Made by a program: the position numbers and the translations under genes
The notes under the pieces: model-generated
The model's database searches: none
What the model saw: only the letters and a program-made list of their open reading frames with translations
Told to the model about the DNA's origin: nothing
Shown: positions 1 through 9,027 of the stretch, in pieces
How the letters are laid out: each line of letters starts with the position of its first letter
How positions within the stretch are numbered: position 1 is the stretch's first letter
DNA from: Campylobacterota bacterium
GTDB taxonomy: Bacteria; Campylobacterota; Campylobacteria; Campylobacterales; Sulfurimonadaceae
DNA length: 28,274 nucleotides
Direction: 5' to 3'
NCBI GenBank assembly: GCA_034661055.1
Contig: JAYEKO010000092.1
Location: forward strand, 1 to 28,274

Positions 1-2
1 AT

Positions 3-269
3 AATCTAAAAGGTTGGAAAAATGGAGATATACTTTTGCGAAATATTGCAAATACAGTCCATGAGCATTACCCCTTGTATCTTAAATTTAGAGTACATGG
101 AGATGACTTTTTTCTCTTAGGCAAGGGGAGTAATGGTATTGATATTGATACATTAAATGCAACACCAGAAATTTTACAAAGTGGCATAAAGCTTTCTGTG
201 CAGTCACTCTCTCTTGAGGGCAAAGATATTAATACTGTAGAAGAGCTAGAAAATTATTTTAATTTATAA
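3..269 (+). CDS. 3' end of a protein with a degenerate GGDEF-like domain (gene begins before the window)
   Basis: The frame is open from base 3 (NLKGWKNGDILLRNIA...FRVHGDDFFLL). G-x-x-x-GD-x-x-L and R-x-HGDDF match the GGDEF fold with a non-canonical A-site. Confidence 0.7.
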   Translation, partial: NLKGWKNGDILLRNIANTVHEHYPLYLKFRVHGDDFFLLGKGSNGIDIDTLNATPEILQSGIKLSVQSLSLEGKDINTVEELENYFNL

Positions 270-273
270 CAGC

Positions 274-287
274 TTTTAAGCTAGAAT
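274..287 (+). promoter_or_regulatory. Putative sigma70 promoter (TTTTAAG-c-TAGAAT) for phnA
   Basis: gcTAGAAT at 280-287 fits the Campylobacterota gnTAnaAT -10 consensus, with an upstream TTTAA tract and 29 nt to the ATG. Confidence 0.5.
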
Positions 288-316
288 TTCAAAAAATTTA
301 AGAGGTATGAATCAAT

Positions 317-886
317 ATGAGTGTAGAAGTAGAGCTGTTAGAGCGTAGTGGTGGTAAGTGTGAGCTATGTGCCTCAGAGGTAGAGTTAAGTAGCTTTGAA
401 GTAGCTCCAAGTGATGGCAGTAGTGCAGAGTCGATAATGATCTGTTCTACATGTAAATCTCAACTTGAAGATTCAAATAACGTAGATGTCAATCACTGGC
501 GATGTCTCAATGACAGTATGTGGAGTACTCAGCCTGCTGTTCAAGTAGTCGCATACCGTATGTTAAAACAGCTTGCATCAGAGGGTTGGCCTCAAGATTT
601 GCTTGATATGCTCTACCTAGAAGATGAAGTACAAACTTGGGCAGACTCGATTAGCGATGAGGAAGATGATGATAGAGCGCCAACTATTGACAGTAATGGT
701 TCTGTTTTAGAAGGTGGTGATACTGTTGTTATTATTAAAGACTTAGAGGTTAAAGGTGCTGGATTTACTGCAAAGCGTGGAACAGCCGTACGAAATATAT
801 CACTCACGAATAATCCTGAGCAGATTGAAGGTCGTGTTAACGGTACAAAAATTGTAATATTAACCAAGTTTTTAAAGAAGTCTTAA
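317..886 (+). CDS. phnA: PhnA/YjdM family zinc-ribbon protein
   Basis: N-terminal CELC...CSTC zinc ribbon, HWRCLNDSMWS motif, and C-terminal DSNG..L..GDTV.IIKDL.VKG...KRGT.V.NI PhnA domain. Confidence 0.85.
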   Translation: MSVEVELLERSGGKCELCASEVELSSFEVAPSDGSSAESIMICSTCKSQLEDSNNVDVNHWRCLNDSMWSTQPAVQVVAYRMLKQLASEGWPQDLLDMLYLEDEVQTWADSISDEEDDDRAPTIDSNGSVLEGGDTVVIIKDLEVKGAGFTAKRGTAVRNISLTNNPEQIEGRVNGTKIVILTKFLKKS

Positions 887-1552
887 CTTATAGCCACTGC
901 CTGAGATATTAAGAATGCACCCCTTGGGTACTTTCTTTCGTAGTCCTCTTACTAGCGAACGAATCGCATCACTGCTCATACCATCAATGGGCCAGATGGC
1001 ACTTTCTATCTCTTCGTATTTTACAACACGAGAACTATATTGTACCAATAGTGCCATAAACAGATGCTCATTGGTAGTGAGTTTTACTTCTATTTTATTG
1101 CAGATAACACTTTGGGTAAAGGCGTTGTAGTTACACTCATTAGAGAGTTTTAGTGTAAATTTACTTTTGTCTTCAATGCGTTTGATGCTCTGACTCAGAG
1201 CCTCAAGGAGTTTGTCTTTAGTAATGGGTTTAACTAAATACTTTACAAGTTGTAACTCAACTGCTCTCATTAAGTAGTCAGTCTCAGTATGTGCTGTAGC
1301 GATGATAATTTGCGTCTTAAGGTCGCTAGAGCGAATATATTGTGCCATATCAATACCGTTTAGTCGTGGCATATTAATGTCTGTAATAATAATGTCGGGA
1401 TGGTACTCCCTCCAAATATTAAGTGCCTCTTTACCATCTTTAGCTTCATAGACTTTCTTACAGATACGGCGGAGATACTCAACAGCATTTCTTCGAATGT
1501 CCTCTTCATCTTCAACATAGAGTAGGGTAAGGTTTTTTAAAATATCATTCAT
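872..1552 (-). CDS. OmpR/PhoB-family response regulator (REC + winged helix)
   Basis: LYVEDE, ITDINMPRLNG (phospho-Asp), YLVKP, and C-terminal LTTNE...IRSLVRGLRKK...SGSGYKL. The 3' end overlaps phnA by 15 nt. Confidence 0.9.
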   Translation of the reverse strand: MNDILKNLTLLYVEDEEDIRRNAVEYLRRICKKVYEAKDGKEALNIWREYHPDIIITDINMPRLNGIDMAQYIRSSDLKTQIIIATAHTETDYLMRAVELQLVKYLVKPITKDKLLEALSQSIKRIEDKSKFTLKLSNECNYNAFTQSVICNKIEVKLTTNEHLFMALLVQYSSRVVKYEEIESAIWPIDGMSSDAIRSLVRGLRKKVPKGCILNISGSGYKLRLL

Positions 1553-1567
1553 AGTTTACATGTAAAT

Positions 1568-2125
1568 TTAAGGGTGGGGTACTTTTATTGTTGAGTTTAA
1601 TGACCAACCAATAAGCCCCATAAGTCCCACTACAAGAAGAGATGGAACAATATTATAAGTTGCACTTAGATAGACAAGCCAGAGCAAAATAGCACCAAGA
1701 GGTGTTGGAACACCAGTAAAAAACTTATTTACTTCACCAGCATCAGTATGAATGTTAAAGTGAATGAGACGACGAAGTCCTGAAATGACATAGTAGATAC
1801 TTGCTGCTGATGCAAGTATAAGCGTGACTCCTTCTAAATTTACAGCATACACTGCCTGAAAAACTAAAAATACAGGAACTAAAACAAAAGAGAGAAAGTC
1901 TGCAAAAGAGTCTAGTTGAACACCAAACTCATTGGACAGTTTATATTTTCGGGCAATTTTTCCATCAAAAATATCAAAAGCACCACCAATCCACGCCAAA
2001 ATTATGGCAACAAAAAAGTTATTTTGCGTAATGAAATAGGTAGCCATAAGACCTGCTGTGATGTTTACCATGGTAAAGAGGTTTGCTAAGTTAAAGTGTG
2101 ATGAGGGATTATATAAAAAATTCAT
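1568..2125 (-). CDS. pssA: CDP-alcohol phosphatidyltransferase (phosphatidylserine synthase-like)
   Basis: Family signature DxxDGxxAR...GxxLDxxAD (FDIFDGKIARK...FGVQLDSFADF) and FTGVPTP. Confidence 0.75.
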   Translation of the reverse strand: MNFLYNPSSHFNLANLFTMVNITAGLMATYFITQNNFFVAIILAWIGGAFDIFDGKIARKYKLSNEFGVQLDSFADFLSFVLVPVFLVFQAVYAVNLEGVTLILASAASIYYVISGLRRLIHFNIHTDAGEVNKFFTGVPTPLGAILLWLVYLSATYNIVPSLLVVGLMGLIGWSLNSTIKVPHP

Positions 2126-2178
2126 ACGCCATTATAATATACATGTAAAAAAACTGCAAATATAAATTTTAAAGATAT

Positions 2179-2193
2179 TGATACAGATTATCA
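2179..2193. promoter_or_regulatory. Putative Fur box (distal)
   Basis: TGATACA-G-ATTATCA, 12/14 match to the 7-1-7 TGATAATnATTATCA consensus. Confidence 0.5.
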
Positions 2194-2213
2194 AGATTAA
2201 GGAGCTATTAAGT

Positions 2214-2228
2214 TGATAATGATTATTA
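2214..2228. promoter_or_regulatory. Putative Fur box (proximal) upstream of the porin-feoAB cluster
   Basis: TGATAAT-G-ATTATTA, 13/14 match to TGATAATnATTATCA, upstream of iron-uptake genes. Confidence 0.75.
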
Positions 2229-2266
2229 TTTCTTAGTTAAAATCTTAAAATAAAAGAGAAAAAATT

Positions 2267-3508
2267 ATGATAGATATAATGTCAGGTATGTTATTAGCTT
2301 CTGCTGCTCCTCAAGAGGGTGGTTTAATGCACACTAAACAAGCAGGCCGCTATGAAACAGTTAAAGAGTTGCCTAAAGAGTCCAACAGTTTTAATCAGAT
2401 GTTTGATTACGCTAACGTTACGGGAAATGTCCGTGCAACTTACATGTATAATAACTTACGAGTTGATGACAATAGTGCTTTTGCTATTGGTGGTACTTTT
2501 GGTTTTGACACCGCCTCTTACAGAGGTTTTAATTTACATGTAAAAGCGACCACATCACAAAACATCAACGCTCTAAACAGTGATGCGGCAAGTTCAAAAT
2601 TGGCTTATGATCTTTTTGATGAGAATGGGGAGTCATTTACCTATCTGTCACATGCCAACCTGCACTATACTAATGATATTTTAGAGATGATGGCAGGACG
2701 TATATTAATTGATACGCCCTATGCTGACAGTGATGACATTCGTATGGCAGCAAATACTTTTGAAGGATTACATGTAAATTCAAGCTTAAATGAAAAGGTT
2801 GACATTCAAGGGTGCTACTTAACGCGTTGGGCAGGATATGACTCTGGTGAAAATCAACAAGAGTTTAAATCTTTAGTAGATGGTGGATTTGGAGTTGCTG
2901 GGGCATCTCTAAACTATAAAATAGATGAAGAAAATATTGCATCATTATGGTACTACTATGTTGATGACATGAGTAGTATAATCTATGCTGAGTATGCGGG
3001 TCATCACTATTTTACAGATGAGTTTCATATGGAGTTTGGGATTCAAGGCAGTAGCATAGGTGAACTTGATGATTCATCTATTAGTGGGAACGTTCTTGGG
3101 GCCATGGCACTATTAGATTATGGACCTTTTTTTGGTGGTTTTTCCTATAACTATGGATATATAGATGAGGGTAAGATGATAACTGACGGCTTTGGTGGTG
3201 GCCCCTACTATACATCTCTTGATGAAGCAACCATTGGAGCAGTATCTGAAGCTGCAATGGGTCAAGATGTAGAGGCATATCGTCTGGGAGCAGGGTATGA
3301 CCTTGAATCTCAAAACATAGTTTTTGAGATGGTCTATGGTAATTTGAGTTCAAGTGATAACCGTGTAAACATTGATGAATTTGATGTTGTCGTAACTTAC
3401 GAAATTGATGATCGTTGGTCTGTTGAAGGTATTTTTATGAAATACACCTCAAAAGATCCAAAAGAAGAGTTTGATCGTGGTCTTTTAAGAGTAGATTACC
3501 ACTTTTAA
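2267..3508 (+). CDS. OprD/Opr-like outer-membrane porin
   Basis: Alternating beta-strand pattern, GR..IDTPYADSDD.RM..NTFEG motif typical of Campylobacterota OprD-like porins, and a C-terminal aromatic residue (RVDYHF). Confidence 0.75.
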   Translation: MIDIMSGMLLASAAPQEGGLMHTKQAGRYETVKELPKESNSFNQMFDYANVTGNVRATYMYNNLRVDDNSAFAIGGTFGFDTASYRGFNLHVKATTSQNINALNSDAASSKLAYDLFDENGESFTYLSHANLHYTNDILEMMAGRILIDTPYADSDDIRMAANTFEGLHVNSSLNEKVDIQGCYLTRWAGYDSGENQQEFKSLVDGGFGVAGASLNYKIDEENIASLWYYYVDDMSSIIYAEYAGHHYFTDEFHMEFGIQGSSIGELDDSSISGNVLGAMALLDYGPFFGGFSYNYGYIDEGKMITDGFGGGPYYTSLDEATIGAVSEAAMGQDVEAYRLGAGYDLESQNIVFEMVYGNLSSSDNRVNIDEFDVVVTYEIDDRWSVEGIFMKYTSKDPKEEFDRGLLRVDYHF

Positions 3509-3522
3509 ATCTTATTTTAATA

Positions 3523-3537
3523 TGATATCTATTATCA
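3523..3537. promoter_or_regulatory. Putative Fur box upstream of feoA
   Basis: TGATATC-T-ATTATCA, 12/14 match to consensus, 25 nt before the feoA ATG. Confidence 0.65.
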
Positions 3538-3562
3538 TTACAAAAATATAAATTGAGAAATT

Positions 3563-3796
3563 ATGAAATTATTAAGTGAATGTGACAAAAACAGTACGGT
3601 TAAAGTCGTTAAAATAGATACATCAGGTCCGCTAAAACAGCGTCTGATTTCATTAGGAATTATGAAAGATGTCTCCATAAGAGTCCTTGCGCACACTGCA
3701 GCAAAAGGGAGCATAGAGATTAAAGTAGGAAAAATGCAGATTGCTCTGCGCGCTGAAGAGGCGAGCTTAATAGAGGTAGAGAAAATTGAACAGTAA
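3563..3796 (+). CDS. feoA: Ferrous iron transport protein A
   Basis: 77 aa with RLISLGI and IALRAEEA motifs, directly upstream of feoB. Confidence 0.9.
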   Translation: MKLLSECDKNSTVKVVKIDTSGPLKQRLISLGIMKDVSIRVLAHTAAKGSIEIKVGKMQIALRAEEASLIEVEKIEQ

Positions 3797-5933
3797 TATT
3801 GTACTTGAAAATGCAGCGTGTCCTTTAACGGCTAAGCACATTAAAGTAGCCCTTGTAGGTCAGCCAAATGTTGGAAAGAGCATGCTAATTAACTCCATCT
3901 CCAATTCGCATCTACATGTAGGAAACTTTACAGGGGTTACGGTTGAGAAATCAGAAGTTCTTTTTGATTTTAGAGATTACCATTTTACAGTAGTTGATTT
4001 ACCTGGAACGTACGCTTTTACAGACTATACAATTGAAGAGCGAGTAACACGTGATTACCTCTGTGCTGAATCTTATGATTTAATTATTAACGTAGTTGAC
4101 TCTACTAACTTAGAGAAGAACCTACAGTTAAGTGCTGAATTAATGAGTATGAGTAAAAAGATGGTTATTGCTCTAAACATGAGTGATGAAGCAGAAGAAG
4201 AGGGCATTGAGGTCAACGCTGAGTACCTTTCACAACTTTTAGGTGTCCCTGCTATTAAAGTTTCTGCTATGACTAAAATGGGTGTTGATGACTTAATCGA
4301 CATGGTAGTTAAAACACATGAAGCTGACCATCAAGAATCTAAACTTATTTTTAGTGAGCCGGTTGAAGAAGAGATTACTGAAATTGTAAATTATTTACAA
4401 AAACATAAATATGAAGCGGTAAACTCTCATAGAAACATCGCTATTAACCTACTTAAAAACAATCAAAAAACATATGAGAAACTGCACGATAATCCGATCT
4501 GGACAGAACTGCAGCCTATTTTGATAGATGCAAGTAAACATATTGAACTGCATCACAACAGCAATGATGTTAAAGAGGCCTTTGCAGAAGAGTACTACTC
4601 TTTTAACCGTGGTATTATTGCAGAGACCGTGACATGCTGTAAGGATGATGTCCAAGAATTGACACTAACTGAAAAAATAGATAATGTTCTAATTCACCCT
4701 CTTTTTGGATTACCAATATTTCTCTTTTTTATGTGGGGACTGTTTCAACTTACGTTTGAGCTGGGTTCAATTCCAATGGATTGGATTGATGGCTTCTTTG
4801 GATGGTTTGGTGATGTGATTGGTGCTACCATTACCAATGATGATATTCGTTCGCTTGTAGTAGATGGTATTATTGCTGGTGTAGGAGCTGTAGTGCTGTT
4901 TGTGCCTAATATTATAATTTTATTTATAGGTATTGCACTACTTGAATCTACGGGGTATATGTCTCGTGTTGCATTTTTATTAGATGGTTTTTTCCATAAA
5001 TTTGGACTACATGGACAGTCATTTATTCCACTAGTTACAGGTTTTGGTTGCTCTATTCCCGCCTATATGTCGGCACGAATCTTAAAAAATGATCGTGATA
5101 GACTACTGACACTTTTTGTAATTGGGTTTATGAGTTGTGGAGCACGTCTTCCGGTTTATGTACTTTTTGCAGGAGCGTTCTTTGCTCCAGAAGTTGCCGG
5201 TAATGTTCTTTTTGCCATCTATATGATAGGTGTTCTTATTGGTCTAGTTGCTGCAAAAGTCTTAAAAATGACTGCATTTGCAGGTGAGGATGAGCCATTT
5301 GTAATGGAGATGCCAAAATATCGTCTTCCATCACTAAAGCTAATGTGGCATACGGTAACAACAAAAACATGGATGTACTTGAAAAAAGCGGGTACTTTTA
5401 TTGCAGCGGCTTCAATGTTGGTATGGTTTTTAAGCAACTATCCACATAATGACATTTTAAAGAGTGAGTATAGTGCCAAAATAGAGATAGCTACAGAAGC
5501 AGAAGCTGTAGATTTAGAAAACAGACTCTCAGAAAAGATGTTAGAACAGAGCTACCTAGGTCAAATTGGTAAGTTTATTCAACCGGTTTTTGAACCTATT
5601 GGAATGGACTGGAAGATGGCAGTAGCGCTTCAAACCGGACTTGCGGCAAAAGAAGTTGTAGTATCAACTCTTGGCGTTCTCTACTCTTTAGGTGCCGATG
5701 TAGATGAGGAGAATGAGTCATTAGCAAAAATACTCTCTAGTAATATCTCATTTGCCTCTGCTGTGGCTTTCATTGTGGTAATTATGACTTACTTACCGTG
5801 TTTAGCAGCATCTATTGTCTTTACTCGTGAAGCTGGAGGAGTAAAATATTTCTTTTATCTCTTTGTTTTCACTACCTTAACGGCCTATGCTCTGGCATTT
5901 ATTGCGTATAGAATTGCTCTGTTAGTCACTTAA
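3786..5933 (+). CDS. feoB: Ferrous iron transport protein B
   Basis: G1 GQPNVGKS, G2 GNFTGVTVE, G3 DLPG and G4 NMSD, plus a membrane domain with GFGCSIPA and FMSCGARLPVY. TTG start. Confidence 0.97.
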   Translation: MNSNIVLENAACPLTAKHIKVALVGQPNVGKSMLINSISNSHLHVGNFTGVTVEKSEVLFDFRDYHFTVVDLPGTYAFTDYTIEERVTRDYLCAESYDLIINVVDSTNLEKNLQLSAELMSMSKKMVIALNMSDEAEEEGIEVNAEYLSQLLGVPAIKVSAMTKMGVDDLIDMVVKTHEADHQESKLIFSEPVEEEITEIVNYLQKHKYEAVNSHRNIAINLLKNNQKTYEKLHDNPIWTELQPILIDASKHIELHHNSNDVKEAFAEEYYSFNRGIIAETVTCCKDDVQELTLTEKIDNVLIHPLFGLPIFLFFMWGLFQLTFELGSIPMDWIDGFFGWFGDVIGATITNDDIRSLVVDGIIAGVGAVVLFVPNIIILFIGIALLESTGYMSRVAFLLDGFFHKFGLHGQSFIPLVTGFGCSIPAYMSARILKNDRDRLLTLFVIGFMSCGARLPVYVLFAGAFFAPEVAGNVLFAIYMIGVLIGLVAAKVLKMTAFAGEDEPFVMEMPKYRLPSLKLMWHTVTTKTWMYLKKAGTFIAAASMLVWFLSNYPHNDILKSEYSAKIEIATEAEAVDLENRLSEKMLEQSYLGQIGKFIQPVFEPIGMDWKMAVALQTGLAAKEVVVSTLGVLYSLGADVDEENESLAKILSSNISFASAVAFIVVIMTYLPCLAASIVFTREAGGVKYFFYLFVFTTLTAYALAFIAYRIALLVT

Positions 5934-5936
5934 CAT

Positions 5937-6671
5937 ATGGCTGATTATGGTCTTTACTTTTTAATTACTCTAGTACTCTCCACTTTTTTTGCCATGGGTG
6001 GAGTTGGTTCTGCTGTGGCACTGCTACCTATGTTAGATATGCTAGGAATCCCTCTTAACCTAGCTAAAGCAACGGCTCTTTTTGTTAACACTTCAACAAC
6101 ACTCACTGCTACATTTATGAACTTTAAACGTGGTGTTTTAGAGCTGCGTTTTGCTTTGCCTTTGGTCGTTTCATCTCTTGTAACAGCACCTCTAGGTGTA
6201 GCAGCATCACGCTATGTAGATGATGATACGGTGCGTTTTATCTTAATGATTTTTTTAATTATTAGTGCCTCTCTTATTCTGTTTTCAAATAAAAAAGCGG
6301 TGCTTGTTTATAAAGCACGGTGGGTTATGTATGCTGTAGGTGCTGTGGTAGGTTTTATCTCAGGAGTCTTAGGAATTGGAGGTGGAAGTCTTGTGATGCC
6401 AATTATGATTTTGCTTGGATTTGATGTTAAAAAAATGGCAGTAGCAGTAAGCTTTATGGTCTCATTGGTAACATTAAGTGCCTTTATCTCTTATGCTACT
6501 TTTGTGCAGATAGATATGTTACTACTACTATTTTGTGGTTCTGCAGCAGTGCTTGGCGGCTACCTTGGCAATCATATTATGCACTATAAACTCTCCTCGC
6601 ATCATATTAAGAAGATTATTGGAGTCATTTTGTATGTTTTAGCATTTAAAATAGGTGTGGACCTAATTTAG
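5937..6671 (+). CDS. Sulfite exporter TauE/SafE (TSUP) family membrane protein
   Basis: About 8 TM helices, with GGVGSA..P and GFISGVLGIGGG..MP repeats. Confidence 0.85.
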   Translation: MADYGLYFLITLVLSTFFAMGGVGSAVALLPMLDMLGIPLNLAKATALFVNTSTTLTATFMNFKRGVLELRFALPLVVSSLVTAPLGVAASRYVDDDTVRFILMIFLIISASLILFSNKKAVLVYKARWVMYAVGAVVGFISGVLGIGGGSLVMPIMILLGFDVKKMAVAVSFMVSLVTLSAFISYATFVQIDMLLLLFCGSAAVLGGYLGNHIMHYKLSSHHIKKIIGVILYVLAFKIGVDLI

Positions 6672-6788
6672 AACTAGCTTAATATTGTATTAGATACTAT
6701 TTTTTAAAAGAAAAAGAGGTTGATAGCTAGAGAGATATGTAAAGTTTAATACCAAATTGACTATAATTCGCGTATTAAAAAAAAAGAG

Positions 6789-7265
6789 ATGTTAATGGCA
6801 AAAAAGAAGTTGTATCGACCTAATGTGGCAGTTGTTGTTTTAGCAGCGGACTATGAAATTTCTAAAAAAATCTTTATTGCAGAGCGTTCTGATATTCAGG
6901 GTGTTTGGCAGTTCCCTCAAGGAGGCATCGACAAAGGTGAAACATCTAAAGAGGCGATGTATCGTGAGTTAAAAGAGGAGATTGGAACCAAAAAGGTTAA
7001 GTTGTTAGCAAAATATCCAGAGTGGATTAGTTATGACTTTCCTGCTAAAGTATCTAAGAGAATGAAGCCGTATTCTGGCCAGAAGCAGCGTTATTATTTA
7101 GTGCGTCTCAAAAAAAGTGCTAAAATTAATATTGATACAAAAGATGCGGAATTTTCACAATTTAAGTTTGTGAAGATAGATAAACTTTTTAAACACATAA
7201 CACACTTTAAAGCACCGATTTACAAAGAGGTGTTAGAATATTTTAAAGATGAGGGATATTTATAG
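6789..7265 (+). CDS. rppH: RNA pyrophosphohydrolase (Nudix)
   Basis: YRPNV, WQFPQGGID and the Nudix box GETSKEAMYRELKEEIG. It sits upstream of lysC as in Helicobacter/Campylobacter. Confidence 0.93.
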   Translation: MLMAKKKLYRPNVAVVVLAADYEISKKIFIAERSDIQGVWQFPQGGIDKGETSKEAMYRELKEEIGTKKVKLLAKYPEWISYDFPAKVSKRMKPYSGQKQRYYLVRLKKSAKINIDTKDAEFSQFKFVKIDKLFKHITHFKAPIYKEVLEYFKDEGYL

Positions 7266-7267
7266 AG

Positions 7268-8479
7268 ATGTTAATCGTACAAAAATTTGGTGGTACTAGC
7301 GTTGGAGATATTGAAAGAATTCAAAATGTTGCAAATCGTGTTTCTGCTTCGGTTAAAGCTGGAAATAGAGTAGTAGTAGTTGTCTCTGCTATGAGCGGTG
7401 AGACGAATAAGCTTGTAGGTTATGCAGAGCATTTTACTGATGCTCCTGTTAAAGAAGAGATGGATATGCTATTGAGCTCAGGCGAGCGAGTGACTGCATC
7501 ACTACTATCTATTGCACTCAATGCAATGGGACATAAAGCAACATCAATGAGTGGCCGACGTGCAGGAATTATTACTGATGACAAGCATACAAAAGCGCGC
7601 ATAGAAAGAATTGATGCCTCTATTATGAATGATGCACTTTTAGAAGGTAATATTGTTATTGTAGCAGGATTTCAAGGGGTCAATGAAGAAGGCCGTGTAA
7701 CTACTTTAGGTCGTGGTGGAAGTGATCTCTCTGCAGTAGCTGTCGCAGGTGCACTTAAAGCAGACCTTTGTGAGATATATACTGATGTTGACGGTATTTA
7801 TACGACAGACCCAAGAATTGAGCCGCATGCAAAAAAGATGGAAAAAATATCATATGATGAGATGTTAGAACTTGCCTCTTTGGGTGCAAAAGTTTTACAA
7901 AATCGATCAGTAGAATTGGCAAAGAAACTTAATGTCAATTTAGTCACACGATCAAGTTTCAGCGATGCTGAAGGAACGTTAATTACAAAGGAAGAGAACA
8001 TCATGGAACAGCCATTAGTAAGTGGAATTGCTTTAGATAAGAATCAAGCACGTGTGTCAATGCGTGGAGTTGCAGATCGTCCAGGCATTGCATCAGAGAT
8101 TTTTAATACATTAGCGGAAAAAAGTATTAATGTTGATATGATTATTCAAACAGTTGGTCATGATGGTGAAACAAACCTTGGTTTTACAGTGCCTACAACA
8201 GAGTTACTAGATGCAAAAGCAATTGTACAGATGTTTATTGATAAAGATGATGTACATGAAGCTGAATATGATGATAGTATCTGTAAGGTATCAATAGTTG
8301 GTGTTGGAATGAAATCTCATACGGGTGTTGCAGCAAAGGCATTTTCAACAATGGCGAAGGAAAATATTAATATTATGATGATATCAACGTCAGAAATTAA
8401 GATTTCTATGATTATAGAAGAGAAGTATGCAGAACTTGCAGTTCGCGCACTTCATAACGCCTATGAGCTAGACAAGTAG
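7268..8479 (+). CDS. lysC: Aspartate kinase
   Basis: VQKFGGTSV, TLGRGGSD and YTDVDGIYTTDPR motifs, with two C-terminal ACT domains. Confidence 0.97.
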   Translation: MLIVQKFGGTSVGDIERIQNVANRVSASVKAGNRVVVVVSAMSGETNKLVGYAEHFTDAPVKEEMDMLLSSGERVTASLLSIALNAMGHKATSMSGRRAGIITDDKHTKARIERIDASIMNDALLEGNIVIVAGFQGVNEEGRVTTLGRGGSDLSAVAVAGALKADLCEIYTDVDGIYTTDPRIEPHAKKMEKISYDEMLELASLGAKVLQNRSVELAKKLNVNLVTRSSFSDAEGTLITKEENIMEQPLVSGIALDKNQARVSMRGVADRPGIASEIFNTLAEKSINVDMIIQTVGHDGETNLGFTVPTTELLDAKAIVQMFIDKDDVHEAEYDDSICKVSIVGVGMKSHTGVAAKAFSTMAKENINIMMISTSEIKISMIIEEKYAELAVRALHNAYELDK

Positions 8480-8487
8480 AGACAGTA

Positions 8488-9027
8488 GTGCAAAACTGGA
8501 CGCTTGAGACAATACGAGAGGGTGATGCCTCAATGAGCTGGATGGAGGAGGCGCGTTTTACGTGGATTCCTGCTACTTCTGAAGCTATAAAACAGATGGT
8601 TGGAGGTAGAACTATTGTTCTCATTGCTGATGATGATAGAAAATGGTTTAGTCAGTACATCACATCTTTTTTAAACAGAGCAAAACCAAACCGTCCTATG
8701 ATTCCCATTGTATCTATTGATTCAGTTTATGCTCATTTCAATCAAATTAGTGGTGATCAGTCCATTGAGATGCTTGAGAGTATGCTTGATATGTCCTATA
8801 ATTCACAGTACTTTTTTTGGTATATTGGTAAAGGTGATGATCGTCGTGCTGATATTGCAAAACGAGCCGACAGCAGTTACTTGTGGCTTTTAGATGAAGA
8901 TGCTCATAATGCCTTTTCACTACGTTCTTTAGACCCTCAACTAGATATTAAGTTGTTACAACTATATCAACTTTTTGATATGACACTTAATGCGGTGCTC
9001 TTTGGTGAGATTGATGAGCTCACTTAA
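8488..9027 (+). CDS. hobA: DnaA-binding replication regulator HobA
   Basis: WTLETIR...SWMEE.RF.W.P and FFWYIGK motifs, in the conserved position between lysC and holB. GTG start. Confidence 0.85.
   Translation: MQNWTLETIREGDASMSWMEEARFTWIPATSEAIKQMVGGRTIVLIADDDRKWFSQYITSFLNRAKPNRPMIPIVSIDSVYAHFNQISGDQSIEMLESMLDMSYNSQYFFWYIGKGDDRRADIAKRADSSYLWLLDEDAHNAFSLRSLDPQLDIKLLQLYQLFDMTLNAVLFGEIDELT

Noticed and set aside
2178..2194. TTGAT...ATCAA as an FNR site
   Set aside because: The spacer is 7 nt, not 4. It fits a Fur 7-1-7 box better.
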